From Planctomycetota bacterium (lineage in GTDB: Bacteria > Planctomycetota > B15-G4 > JADJEK01), in the NCBI GenBank assembly GCA_044225365.1, contig JBGAIQ010000033.1, positions 1-58,565 of the forward strand: a stretch of DNA of 58,565 nucleotides. The letters are read 5' to 3'. Both the position numbers and the translations under genes were made by a program. Numbering within the stretch: position 1 is the stretch's first letter; the number at the start of each line of letters is the position of its first letter. Below, one piece after another: positions 36,662 to 45,566 of the stretch. The notes beneath the pieces are model-generated. The model was not told the DNA's origin and ran no database searches. It saw nothing but the letters and a program-made list of their open reading frames with translations.

Positions 36662-37115
36662 GTGAAGTTCAAGAATCCGATCCCTCTGAACTGCCCAAGC
36701 TGCGCTGTGGAGTCGCAGCACGACCCAAAGGACTTGCTCGCGCTCGTCGCAATCTGTCCGGCCTGCGGGACGTCGCTGAGGGCCGTCGGTGAGCGCATGC
36801 GCGTGTGCGTGGACGAGGCCTCTGCCCTCAGTCTATGGGCCGATGTGCTCATGGGAGTCGAGGACCGTCTGAAGGTTCCGTCGCCGGGAATTCCGGATTT
36901 CAAGGTGCTTGGCACGAAACCGTACGTCGAGCTGACCCTTTCGAGATCTCGTCGGGACGGTGCTCGACTACGTTTCGACTCGGGGCACGGAGGTTGACGG
37001 CGAGACAGCGATTCGCCTTGCCCTGGACTCGGCAACACAGGTGGCGGGGTGGTCGATTTTAGCATCGGACATGGATCGCCCGATCCTTTCCGTGCTTCGC
37101 GCTTCGTGCCGGTAA
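36662..37115 (+). pseudogene. Frameshifted Zn-ribbon (CxxC..CxxC) hypothetical gene
   Basis: Removing one T at 36939-36941 continues the frame as LTLRDLVGTVLDYVS...ILSVLRASCR to TAA 37113-37115. Confidence 0.5.
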
Positions 37116-37160
37116 GATCGAACGCACGGCTGAAAGCGATCATCGGGAATCTCGTCGAGA

Positions 37161-37390
37161 ATGGATCGAATACGAACTCCTCAATTCCGAACCGAACTGA
37201 TTCGTCGCCTGAAGAACCTGTTCCCTGCGTGGGAACCCGAGTTCCTCGAGGTCGATGGAGATGGACTGTCGTTCCGCATGAAGGACGAGCGGGGCGCTAT
37301 TGCGGGGAAGTCGTGTATTTTCGGCGATATCACGACGGGTTGCTGAGGCGCCATGCTTTGCTACGTGAAGTCCTCGGCCCACTGCATTAG
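37161..37390 (+). pseudogene. Probable frameshifted small hypothetical gene
   Basis: One extra G in the GGGG at 37291-37294 would join MDRIRTPQ...MKDER to GRYCGEVVYFRRYHDGLL. Confidence 0.35.
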
Positions 37391-37403
37391 AAATCGGGCT
37401 CGA

Positions 37404-37658
37404 ATGAATGCCGTGGGCTCACCACAATTCATCGAAGTCGTCCTGAAGACTGGCACGGGGACCGATGCGATCGTCGAAACACCCTGGGCCATTCCTATAG
37501 GTCCCGCACGGTTTCGGATCGTGAACACGCCGTTCTATGCATAGGGCTTTTCCTGGGAAGGCAAGATCGAGGCGACGCCTCGGGTTCCAAAGAAGCTGTT
37601 GGTCGATCTCGTCGCTCACGGGCGCGGCTTCACGGACGCTCGCGGGTCCGACGAATGA
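37404..37658 (+). pseudogene. DUF4265-like gene fragment with an in-frame TAG
   Basis: VETPWAIPIGPARFRIVNTPFYA*GFSWEGKIEA matches the DUF4265 pattern (E.lWA....fRl.NsPFyAYGvSw); TAG 37542-37544 sits at the Tyr position. Confidence 0.6.
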
Positions 37659-37772
37659 ACAGTTGTACCCGGAGTGAGCCTCGGGCATGCTGTCCGACGA
37701 GCTGAAGCGTTTGCCCCGCACGCCGCTCGGCGTGGGGCAACGTGGATCGTGATAGAGAGGATCGTGCCACGG

Positions 37773-38537
37773 ATGGAAGTCGATCGCGTTCCGAATTACG
37801 GCATCGACGCGCCTCACGTGGTGCGCAATCTGTTCATCGTCGCCGGGCTGGGCGTGATCTCGCTGATCACGCGTCTGTGCGGCCTGTGGTCGAAACAAGA
37901 CGACATCGCGGTGATCGCCTTGCCCCTGATTACGGGCGGCTTGAGTTGCGGCGCGATGGGCCTGTGGATGCTCTACGACAGCAAGATCGGAAAGAAGCGC
38001 GAGCGCGAGCAATTCCTCGACATGATCAGGTGGCGGGGAGACGAGCGCGTCCTGGACGTGGGCTGCGGACTCGGACTGTTCCTGATCGGCGCCGCCAAGC
38101 GGCTCACCACCGGCCGCGCCGTGGGGATCGACAAGTGGCAGTTGGAGGATCTCAGCGGCAATTACGCTGCGGGGACTTTGGAGAACGCGACGATCGAAGG
38201 CGTGGTCGACAAGGTGGAGGTACACACCGGAGACGCACGGAAATTGCCCTTCGACGACGCGAGCTTCGACGTCGTGCTCTCGAGCATGGCGTTGCATAAC
38301 ATCTACGACGCCAACGAGCGGAAGACCGCGGTACGCGAGATCGCGCGGGTGCTCAAGCATGGAGGTCGCTTGTTGATCGTCGACGTTCGCCATACGCGAG
38401 AATACGCGGCTACCCTGCGCGAGGCCGGAGTCGACGCGCGCTGTGTACAGGGCATCGTCGCGAAGCTGCTGACCCTAATTTCGTTCGGTCAGGTTCAAGT
38501 CGGCCATGTCATCGGTTCGAAGCCGACGCTCGGTTGA
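37773..38537 (+). CDS. Membrane-associated class I SAM methyltransferase
   Basis: YGIDAP, TM helices, VLDVGCGLG, GDARKLPFDDASFDVV, LKHGG. Confidence 0.88.
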   Translation: MEVDRVPNYGIDAPHVVRNLFIVAGLGVISLITRLCGLWSKQDDIAVIALPLITGGLSCGAMGLWMLYDSKIGKKREREQFLDMIRWRGDERVLDVGCGLGLFLIGAAKRLTTGRAVGIDKWQLEDLSGNYAAGTLENATIEGVVDKVEVHTGDARKLPFDDASFDVVLSSMALHNIYDANERKTAVREIARVLKHGGRLLIVDVRHTREYAATLREAGVDARCVQGIVAKLLTLISFGQVQVGHVIGSKPTLG

Positions 38538-38653
38538 CGGCCGTCGAAGGACATCGCGCCACGGGGGCGGTTCAGTTCGCGGTCGAGTTGCCGGCGCATG
38601 ATCGGCTGTCTCGACGCTCCCCAAGTCCCCGAGTCGCGTTCTCGAGTGCTCCC

Positions 38654-39148
38654 ATGACGTATCGAATCGAGCCCGACGAGACGAACAAGATCCAGCTCCG
38701 CGCCGTCGTCGAGAGCGATCTTCCAATACTCTTCGAATACCAGCGGCAACCCGAAGCGACGCAAATGGCGGCCTTCCCCGCGCGTGATCGCGCCGCGTTC
38801 ATGGCGCACTGGAAGAAGATCCTCTCCGACGAGTCCGTCGTCGCTTTCGCTGTCGTCGTCGACGGAGCCGTCGCCGGGCACATCGGCTGTTGGATCCAGG
38901 AAGGCGAACGTCTCGTCGGTTATTGGATCGGTAAGGAATATTGGGGCCAGGGAATCGCGACGCAGGCCCTCGCTCTTTTCCTCCGCCGATTCGAAACGCG
39001 ACCGATCCATGCGCACGTCGCACGGCACAACGTCGCGTCGATTCGTGTCCTCGAGAAATGCGGTTTCTCCTGGTGCGAGGCGGCCACCGCTGCGCTCGGC
39101 AAACCCGAGGACGGAATCGCGGAATCGGTCTATGCTCTTTGCGAGTGA
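38654..39148 (+). CDS. GNAT (RimJ/RimL-like) acetyltransferase
   Basis: VGYWIGKEYWGQGIAT, HNVASIRVLEKCGF. Confidence 0.9.
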   Translation: MTYRIEPDETNKIQLRAVVESDLPILFEYQRQPEATQMAAFPARDRAAFMAHWKKILSDESVVAFAVVVDGAVAGHIGCWIQEGERLVGYWIGKEYWGQGIATQALALFLRRFETRPIHAHVARHNVASIRVLEKCGFSWCEAATAALGKPEDGIAESVYALCE

Positions 39149-39196
39149 CGCTCGTGCGCGCAGGGGCGCCTGATTTCCGGTTCGCGAGGAAATGCG

Positions 39197-39565
39197 ATGA
39201 ACGTTCTCTTGTGGGTCTTGCAGCTCGTTACCGCGCTTCTCTTCGGGGCGTCGGGAGTGATGAAAGTCTTCCTGTTCGACAAGGTCAGCCACGACGTCCC
39301 GTCGTTCGGCGCCTTGTCGCGAGAGACCTGGAAGATCCTCGGCATCGTGGAACTGGTCTGCGTGATCGGGCTCATCTTTCCGTCCGCGTGCCACTGGCAT
39401 GCGCAATTGACGGTCGCGGCGGCCGCCGTTCTTGCCGCCGAGAGTCTCGTGTTCGTGTGGGTCCACGTGAAATATCGCGAGGTGGGGACCATCGTCTTCA
39501 GCGTCGTCCTCTGCCTCGTCATGGCCTTCATCGCCTATGGCCGGTGGGTCCTGGCACCGCTCTGA
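39197..39565 (+). CDS. DoxX-family small membrane protein
   Basis: MNVLLWVLQ..ALLFGASGVMK, GIVELVCVIGLI; four TM helices. Confidence 0.8.
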   Translation: MNVLLWVLQLVTALLFGASGVMKVFLFDKVSHDVPSFGALSRETWKILGIVELVCVIGLIFPSACHWHAQLTVAAAAVLAAESLVFVWVHVKYREVGTIVFSVVLCLVMAFIAYGRWVLAPL

Positions 39566-39581
39566 ATGACCGTTCCTCTCG

Positions 39582-40049
39582 ATGCGTGAGGTGAGATCCT
39601 TGTCGAGTTTCCTGCGATTCGATGGTGCGAAACGGCACGAGCCGAGGATCGATTCCTGGTTCGACGCCCGTGATCCGGAGCTCGCCGCGATCGCGAGAAC
39701 GTGGTTCCTCGAGATGCGTCGATGCGGCGAAGACGTGACCGAGCTGCTCCACGACGGACATCCCACGGCGTGCGTCGGCGATGCGGCTTTTTGCTACGTC
39801 AACGTCTTCAAGGCGCACGTCAACATCGGCTTCTTCCACGGCGCGATGCTGCCCGATCCGGCGAAGCTCCTGGTGGGAAGCGGGAGATTCATGCGGCACG
39901 TGAAAGCCACTCCGGCGAGTCTTCCGAACACCGATGCCTTGAGAGCGTTGATCCAAGCCGCGTACGCCGACATCCTTGCGAAGCTCGCGGCAGACGGCCC
40001 GAGTTCGAGGATCCGAACGATCGATGGCGAAACCCTCCGCTCCGCGTAG
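39582..40049 (+). CDS. DUF1801/YdhG-like protein
   Basis: HDGHPTACV, HVNIGFFHGA.LPDPAKLL.GSGRFMRHVK. Confidence 0.8.
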   Translation: MREVRSLSSFLRFDGAKRHEPRIDSWFDARDPELAAIARTWFLEMRRCGEDVTELLHDGHPTACVGDAAFCYVNVFKAHVNIGFFHGAMLPDPAKLLVGSGRFMRHVKATPASLPNTDALRALIQAAYADILAKLAADGPSSRIRTIDGETLRSA

Positions 40050-40058
40050 CATGAACCC

Positions 40059-40868
40059 ATGGAACGCAGCGACCGCCCGCACAACGATGCCGTCGAACGA
40101 GCCTGGGACGCCCTCGAGAACGACGAGCCCGAGAAGGCGCTCCAGATCGTGAAGAAGGCGCCAGCCGATGAACCGTCGCGCTACGTCCTCACCACGGCGG
40201 CGCTCCTTGCGCTCGACGACGTGGAATCGGCGCGGCAGGCGATGGACCAGGCGGACGCGCTCGATCTCCCGTTCGATGATCCCGATGGGCTCTGGACCCG
40301 GGGCGACCTCCTCTTGCGCGAGTGGCGGATCGCCGAGGCCGAAGCCGTCTACGAGACGCTCGCCAAGGACGTCGCGGGAGCCGATGTGTTCGATCGCCTC
40401 GCGTTCTGCGCGGAGCTGCGCCACGACCGCGCGCGCGCCGATCAGTTCTACGCCGCAGCGCAGGATCTCTCGCCCGACGAGTTCGAGCCGCCCCCGCGCC
40501 TCGACGATCACGCCTTCATGAAGGAGATCGACATCGCGGTCGCGGAGTTGCCCGAGCAGTTCCAGCAAGTGCTCGATGGCTGCCGGATCGAAGTCCTTCC
40601 GGTTCCGACGCTCGAGATCGCGCGCGCGGGCGATCTCACGGAGGTCGCGCCGGATACTCTCGGTCTGTTCTCCGGCCCGTCGCTGCTCGATGGCCAGGGG
40701 GATGCCCCCGAGTTGCCACCCGTGATCTACCTGTTCCAGCGCAACCTCGAACGCGCGAGCGGCGACGAGGACGAACTCGTCGAGGAGATCCGCATCACGC
40801 TCTACCACGAGCTCGGCCACCTGCTCGGCTTCGATGAAGAGGGCGTCGACCGGATGGGTTTGGCGTAA
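40059..40868 (+). CDS. TPR + minimal zincin (Zincin_1-like) metallopeptidase
   Basis: TPR-like N-terminus; LGLFSG, IYLFQRNLE, ITLYHELGHLLG. Confidence 0.85.
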   Translation: MERSDRPHNDAVERAWDALENDEPEKALQIVKKAPADEPSRYVLTTAALLALDDVESARQAMDQADALDLPFDDPDGLWTRGDLLLREWRIAEAEAVYETLAKDVAGADVFDRLAFCAELRHDRARADQFYAAAQDLSPDEFEPPPRLDDHAFMKEIDIAVAELPEQFQQVLDGCRIEVLPVPTLEIARAGDLTEVAPDTLGLFSGPSLLDGQGDAPELPPVIYLFQRNLERASGDEDELVEEIRITLYHELGHLLGFDEEGVDRMGLA

Positions 40869-40952
40869 CGAGATCGTTCTTCCCGAGCTTCTCTCCAACC
40901 GACGCGCGGCTTCGTCGTAGATCGGGCGTCGCTCGGTCGCGTCGAGGTTGAC

Positions 40953-42194
40953 ATGCGTCGAATCGTTTCGTGTCTCGTGCTCCTGTCTCCGTTCGGCTTC
41001 GGCTCGAGCGCGCACGCGCAATCCACGCTCGGCGCCGAGATCACTTACGAGCTACCGAAGGGCAAAACCGCGGCGACGGTGCCGTTCGACTTCGAGCTCA
41101 ACAAGGTGGTCTTCGGAGTGCGCATCCACGGCGGCGCGCCGATTCGCGTCGTTCTCGACACGGGGATGCCCGTCGATGGGATCATCCTCTATCGATCGAA
41201 GGCGGTGGACGCGCTCGGACTCGCCGAGTCCGCGATGAAGATCCGAGTCGGCGGTGTGGGCGGCAAGGGCGAAGCGCAGGAAGCAACTCTGACGGCCGGG
41301 CTCGACGTCGAGATCGGTGACCTGAAACTCACGGGCGTGCCCGCCATCGTGATGGACCGGCCGAAGGGATTCGGGCACTCCGATGACGGAATCATCGGCG
41401 CAACGCTCTTCTCGCGGCTCGCCGTGCGCGTCGCGTTCGACGATGGTCGCATCGAGCTGATGGAGTCGAAGGAAGTGAAGCCGGAAGCGGGCGCAACGAT
41501 CATCCCGCTGCGCAAGGACCACGGCCACTCGTTCGCGAAGATCGGCGTCGCCGTGGGCAGTGGGGCCGAATCACAGGTCCTGCCCGCTGAAGTCGTCGTC
41601 GATCTCGGCGCCGGCCACGCACTCTCGCTGAATCTACGGGACGAGAATCGAATCCCCATGCCGGAAGCATCGATCGAGTCGACGCTCGGCCGCGGCGTCT
41701 CCGGCGTCATCCAAGGGCGCGTCGGTCGAATCGGACGTCTCGTCCTCGGCGACCTCGTCCTTCCGAACGTGGTGACTTCGTTTCCGAACAAGGAACATCA
41801 GGACGCTCCCTCGGCGAACTTCGTCGACGGCAATCTCGGCGCCGGAGTCCTGTCGCGCTTCTGCGTCACCTTCGATCTGAAGGCCTCGCGCATGATCCTG
41901 GTGAAGTCCAAGCGTTTCGACGATCCCTTCGAGACCGACATGTCGGGCCTTCAGTTCGACCGCGACGACGACGACGGCTTCGTCGTGCGCGACGTCGTTG
42001 CGCGCTCGCCCGCAGCGGAGCAGGGAATCGCGGTCGGGGATCGGTTGATCTCGATCGATGGCAAGCTCGCGTCCGAGCTGCGAGCGGACGGAGTCCGCAA
42101 TGCGTTGCAGGGCGATGGTCGGGAAGTTCGGCTCGAGATCTCGCACGACGGATCGAAGGTCGAGAAGACGCTGAAGCTGCGAAGGCTCGTCTGA
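40953..42194 (+). CDS. Secreted two-lobed aspartyl protease with a C-terminal PDZ domain
   Basis: VLDTG...DGIIG and VDLGA...GNLG lobes; SPAAEQGIAVGDRLISIDG. Confidence 0.85.
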   Translation: MRRIVSCLVLLSPFGFGSSAHAQSTLGAEITYELPKGKTAATVPFDFELNKVVFGVRIHGGAPIRVVLDTGMPVDGIILYRSKAVDALGLAESAMKIRVGGVGGKGEAQEATLTAGLDVEIGDLKLTGVPAIVMDRPKGFGHSDDGIIGATLFSRLAVRVAFDDGRIELMESKEVKPEAGATIIPLRKDHGHSFAKIGVAVGSGAESQVLPAEVVVDLGAGHALSLNLRDENRIPMPEASIESTLGRGVSGVIQGRVGRIGRLVLGDLVLPNVVTSFPNKEHQDAPSANFVDGNLGAGVLSRFCVTFDLKASRMILVKSKRFDDPFETDMSGLQFDRDDDDGFVVRDVVARSPAAEQGIAVGDRLISIDGKLASELRADGVRNALQGDGREVRLEISHDGSKVEKTLKLRRLV

Positions 42195-42207
42195 CGGTAC
42201 TCCGCGC

Positions 42208-43851
42208 TCAGAGGATCTCGATGTGCACGATCCGAGCTGCCGAGATCAACGCGGCGTTGAACGGACGAGTGATGCCGTAACGGCTCGGCACGAGGCCGAT
42301 TTCGACGGCGGGCGGCGATCCCGGGACCGCTGGAAGCGGCGCTTCGAAGGAGACCTCGTCGGTGTCGCCCTCTCCGACCCGCATTGTTCCGACTTCACTG
42401 CCGTCGACGACGATCTTCACGTCGAGCGGATAGAGGTCGGGCCGTGCGTGGAGCGGCTGCAGTTGGACGCGGATCCTCGTGCCGGCGCGCTTCAGCACGA
42501 GCTTCGCCGCGAGGCCGAGCGAACCGTCCGCATTGACGCCGCCGAAGACCTGATTCGCGCCCTGCGCCGAGGTGGTGTCGAAGATCGGCTCGAGCTGCGC
42601 CGAGACCTTTGATCGAGCCTGCTCGGCCCGCGCCTCGATCCGCGCCAGGGCATCGTCGCTCGTCTTCGACGCGTCGGCGGCGTCGAACCTGGAAGCGAGG
42701 GCTGGCAATCGAGCGGGGTCGAAGCCGTCGGAGAGGATCTCCTTTCCGAGCCGTCGCGCGACGAGCGTCGCCATCGCCTCGACCGTTGTCGCATTCGGAT
42801 GCGAATCGTCGACGAGCGTGAACGAAGGGGCGATGCGCGTGAAGAGCGGGATCCACGGCGCCTTCATGCCGCGCCGCGTCGTTTCCGCGCGCAGGATCGC
42901 GGAGTAGTCGTCGTCCTCGTAGCGCAGGACGAAGAGTCGCGCACCCCGTGGTTCGAGTCGCTGTTCGAGTTCGCGCAGCGAATCGGCGTTCGCGGCATAG
43001 CGACGATGCGATTCCGGCGAGAGATCCGCGGTCATCGCCTCGGGCCCGATGCGCGCGCCGCCGGACTCGATTCCGAGGACGCGCCGTCGCTGCGCGGCGA
43101 GGCCGAGCACGAGATACGTGGGCGCCGCGGCGTTGCACATGAGGAGCGGATCGCGTTGCGCGGGATCCGGCGCCATGAAGCGGTATCCGCTCTCGGAGAC
43201 GCTGTCCGCGTCGTAGAGGTCGTTGCTGATCGGCATGCACAGCACGACGTCGGGGCGCAGGGTGTCGAGATGATCCGAGACGAAGCGCGTCTCCTGGCGT
43301 TGATTCCATCCGGGCGAGGCGACCGTGTAACAGGCGACCTTCCTCGCCGAGGAATTCGCAGCGTTCAGTTGTCGCTCGAGCGCGGCGGCGAGCGTCTCCG
43401 TGTCCTTCAAGCCGTAGCCGAAGGCGATCGAATCACCCACGATCGCGATGCGCAGCGCACCGTCCGGATCCGTCGCGCCGTCGCCCCGGCTGCGCATTCC
43501 CAGGTCGTCGGTGCGGACGCTCGCGTCGCGGATGTCGAACGTGGAACTCGCGCGACAGGTGTAGCGAACGAACGGATCGGAATGCGCTTGATAGACGCCA
43601 GGCAGCTTCGCCGCGGCGGCGAAACGATCGGCATCGCGCGCGAGCGCGGCGGCCCAGTTCTCGAGCGGGTCGCTGCGCAACGCTCCGAGGATTCCGCGTC
43701 CGCGCGCGATCGAGACGGCGCCCTCGACGAGCAGACATGCAAGGACCGCTGCGCCGCACGCAAGGAGCGCGCGACGGATCGCATTTCGAAGGGCGGAACG
43801 ACCGGGATCCCCGTCGTCGTGTTCCAGAGGATTCGTTTCCACGAGGTGCAA
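42208..43851 (-). CDS. Membrane-anchored SGNH/GDSL hydrolase
   Basis: TM helix, IVGDSIAFG, PGWN..QE, SND, DSHPN. Confidence 0.8.
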   Translation of the reverse strand: MHLVETNPLEHDDGDPGRSALRNAIRRALLACGAAVLACLLVEGAVSIARGRGILGALRSDPLENWAAALARDADRFAAAAKLPGVYQAHSDPFVRYTCRASSTFDIRDASVRTDDLGMRSRGDGATDPDGALRIAIVGDSIAFGYGLKDTETLAAALERQLNAANSSARKVACYTVASPGWNQRQETRFVSDHLDTLRPDVVLCMPISNDLYDADSVSESGYRFMAPDPAQRDPLLMCNAAAPTYLVLGLAAQRRRVLGIESGGARIGPEAMTADLSPESHRRYAANADSLRELEQRLEPRGARLFVLRYEDDDYSAILRAETTRRGMKAPWIPLFTRIAPSFTLVDDSHPNATTVEAMATLVARRLGKEILSDGFDPARLPALASRFDAADASKTSDDALARIEARAEQARSKVSAQLEPIFDTTSAQGANQVFGGVNADGSLGLAAKLVLKRAGTRIRVQLQPLHARPDLYPLDVKIVVDGSEVGTMRVGEGDTDEVSFEAPLPAVPGSPPAVEIGLVPSRYGITRPFNAALISAARIVHIEIL

Positions 43852-43968
43852 AGCATAACTCGAAGATTCCGGATGAGTGGAACTCGAACCGCCAAGTCGC
43901 GATCATTCGGTGACGTTGACATCGCGGACATCGCCCGAATGCCCATTACCCGCGTGAAAGGGACTCCT

Positions 43969-45498
43969 ATGAAAACGCCGTTCGCTGTCGTTTCGAACTG
44001 CTTCATTCTCGTGCTTCCGCTCGCCCTCTCTCAGGCGCCCGTGGCGAGCGGAGGCGAGCCTTGGATCACGCTGTACAACCAGGACTTCGCGGTGGTGCGG
44101 GTGAAGATCCCGCTCGCGCTCGAAGCCGGAGAGTCGCGGATCACGACGACCGACCTGACCGCTCATCTCGAACCCGACTCGGTGATCCTGCGCGATCCCG
44201 CCGGTCGACATGGGTTCTCGATCCTCGAGCAAAACTACCGCAACGATCCGGTGTCGCAGGAGCTGATGCTTCGGATGTTCGAGGGGAAGTCGATCGATTT
44301 CCTCGTGCCGCGCGCCGATGGTCCGCCGGTCGTCGAGAAGGTACTCATCGTTCGCAGCGGTTATGAGCCACACGCCGCCGCATTTTCGCGCTACGGGAAC
44401 GATTACTACCAGTTGCAGATGGCGACGGCGCAGGCCTCGACTCCGATCGTCTCGATGAACGGTCAGATCCGATTCGGCTTGCCGGGGCAGCCGCTCTTCC
44501 CGGCGCTCTCCGATGACACGGTTTTGAAGCCGCGCATCGAATGGGTGATCGCGAGTCCGGAGAAGGCCGCGTTCGACGCCGAGCTCGCTTACGTGACGGG
44601 CGGGTTCACTTGGAATGCCGACTACAACGTGATCGCGCCGGAGCAGGGGGACGTCGCGGACGTCCTCGGTTGGGTGACGATGGACAATGAAAGCGGCACG
44701 ACCTTTGAGAACGCTCGCATCAAGTTGATGGCGGGAGACGTCAACAAGATCGATCCCTCGCGGGGCAACTACTCGACGCTCGCGCTCCGAGAATCTCGCG
44801 ACGCGTCTGGCATGCAGGCTCCAGTCTCGGAGAAGGCGTTCGACGAGTTCCATCTGTACACGCTCGCGCGCCCGACGACGCTCCACGATCGCGAGACGAA
44901 GCAGGTCGAATTCGTACGGGCGACCGGAGTGAAGAGCACTCGGTACTTCGTGTACGACGGGGCGAGCATCGATTCGAATCGCTACGGCGGATGGGATCCG
45001 TTCACGATCCGCGAGAACGCGGAATACGGTACGCAATCGAACAAGAAGGTGTTCTCGATGCTGGAGGTCGCGAACACCGAGGCGAACCGACTCGGCATGC
45101 CCTTGCCAAAGGGTCGCGTTCGCTTCTACCGGCGCGATGACGACGGTCGCCTGGAGTTCGTCGGCGAGAATACGATCGATCACACGCCGAAGGATGAGGT
45201 CGTTCGCGTCTACACGGGTAACTCGTTCGACCTCGTGGGCGACCGCACGCGCGTCGACTTCATCGTGGATTCCTCCCGCCGCATGCTCGACGAATCGTTC
45301 CATCTCGTCCTCAAGAACCACAAGAAGGACGCCGTGGAGATCCGCGTCGTCGAGCATCTCTATCGCTGGAGCAACTGGCAGATCACGAAGAAGTCCGACG
45401 ACTTCACGAAGACGAACTCGCAGACCATCGAGTTTCGCGTGAAGGTCCCGGCCGACGGGGAGAAAGCCATCGATTACACGGCTCACTACTCGTGGTGA
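43969..45498 (+). CDS. DUF4139-domain secreted protein
   Basis: ITLYNQDFAVVR, EQNYRND, YVTGGFTWNADY, FDEFHLYTL, PLPKGRVRFY, IDHTPKDE. Confidence 0.85.
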   Translation: MKTPFAVVSNCFILVLPLALSQAPVASGGEPWITLYNQDFAVVRVKIPLALEAGESRITTTDLTAHLEPDSVILRDPAGRHGFSILEQNYRNDPVSQELMLRMFEGKSIDFLVPRADGPPVVEKVLIVRSGYEPHAAAFSRYGNDYYQLQMATAQASTPIVSMNGQIRFGLPGQPLFPALSDDTVLKPRIEWVIASPEKAAFDAELAYVTGGFTWNADYNVIAPEQGDVADVLGWVTMDNESGTTFENARIKLMAGDVNKIDPSRGNYSTLALRESRDASGMQAPVSEKAFDEFHLYTLARPTTLHDRETKQVEFVRATGVKSTRYFVYDGASIDSNRYGGWDPFTIRENAEYGTQSNKKVFSMLEVANTEANRLGMPLPKGRVRFYRRDDDGRLEFVGENTIDHTPKDEVVRVYTGNSFDLVGDRTRVDFIVDSSRRMLDESFHLVLKNHKKDAVEIRVVEHLYRWSNWQITKKSDDFTKTNSQTIEFRVKVPADGEKAIDYTAHYSW

Positions 45499-45566
45499 GA
45501 ATGGAGTAAGATCCACCTCCTGGCCCGGCGTGGAAGTCGTCCGTCATCGAGTCGAGGAGGTGGATC

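Noticed and set aside
36540-37400. Bona fide integron attC sites
   Set aside because: No matching RYYYAAC...GTTRRRY pair with an internal palindrome could be identified, and no intI gene
37542-37544. Pyrrolysine or other recoding of the in-frame TAG
   Set aside because: The position corresponds to Tyr (one substitution away), neighbouring genes are also decayed, no pyl genes, and TAG is used as a normal stop (e.g. glgC)
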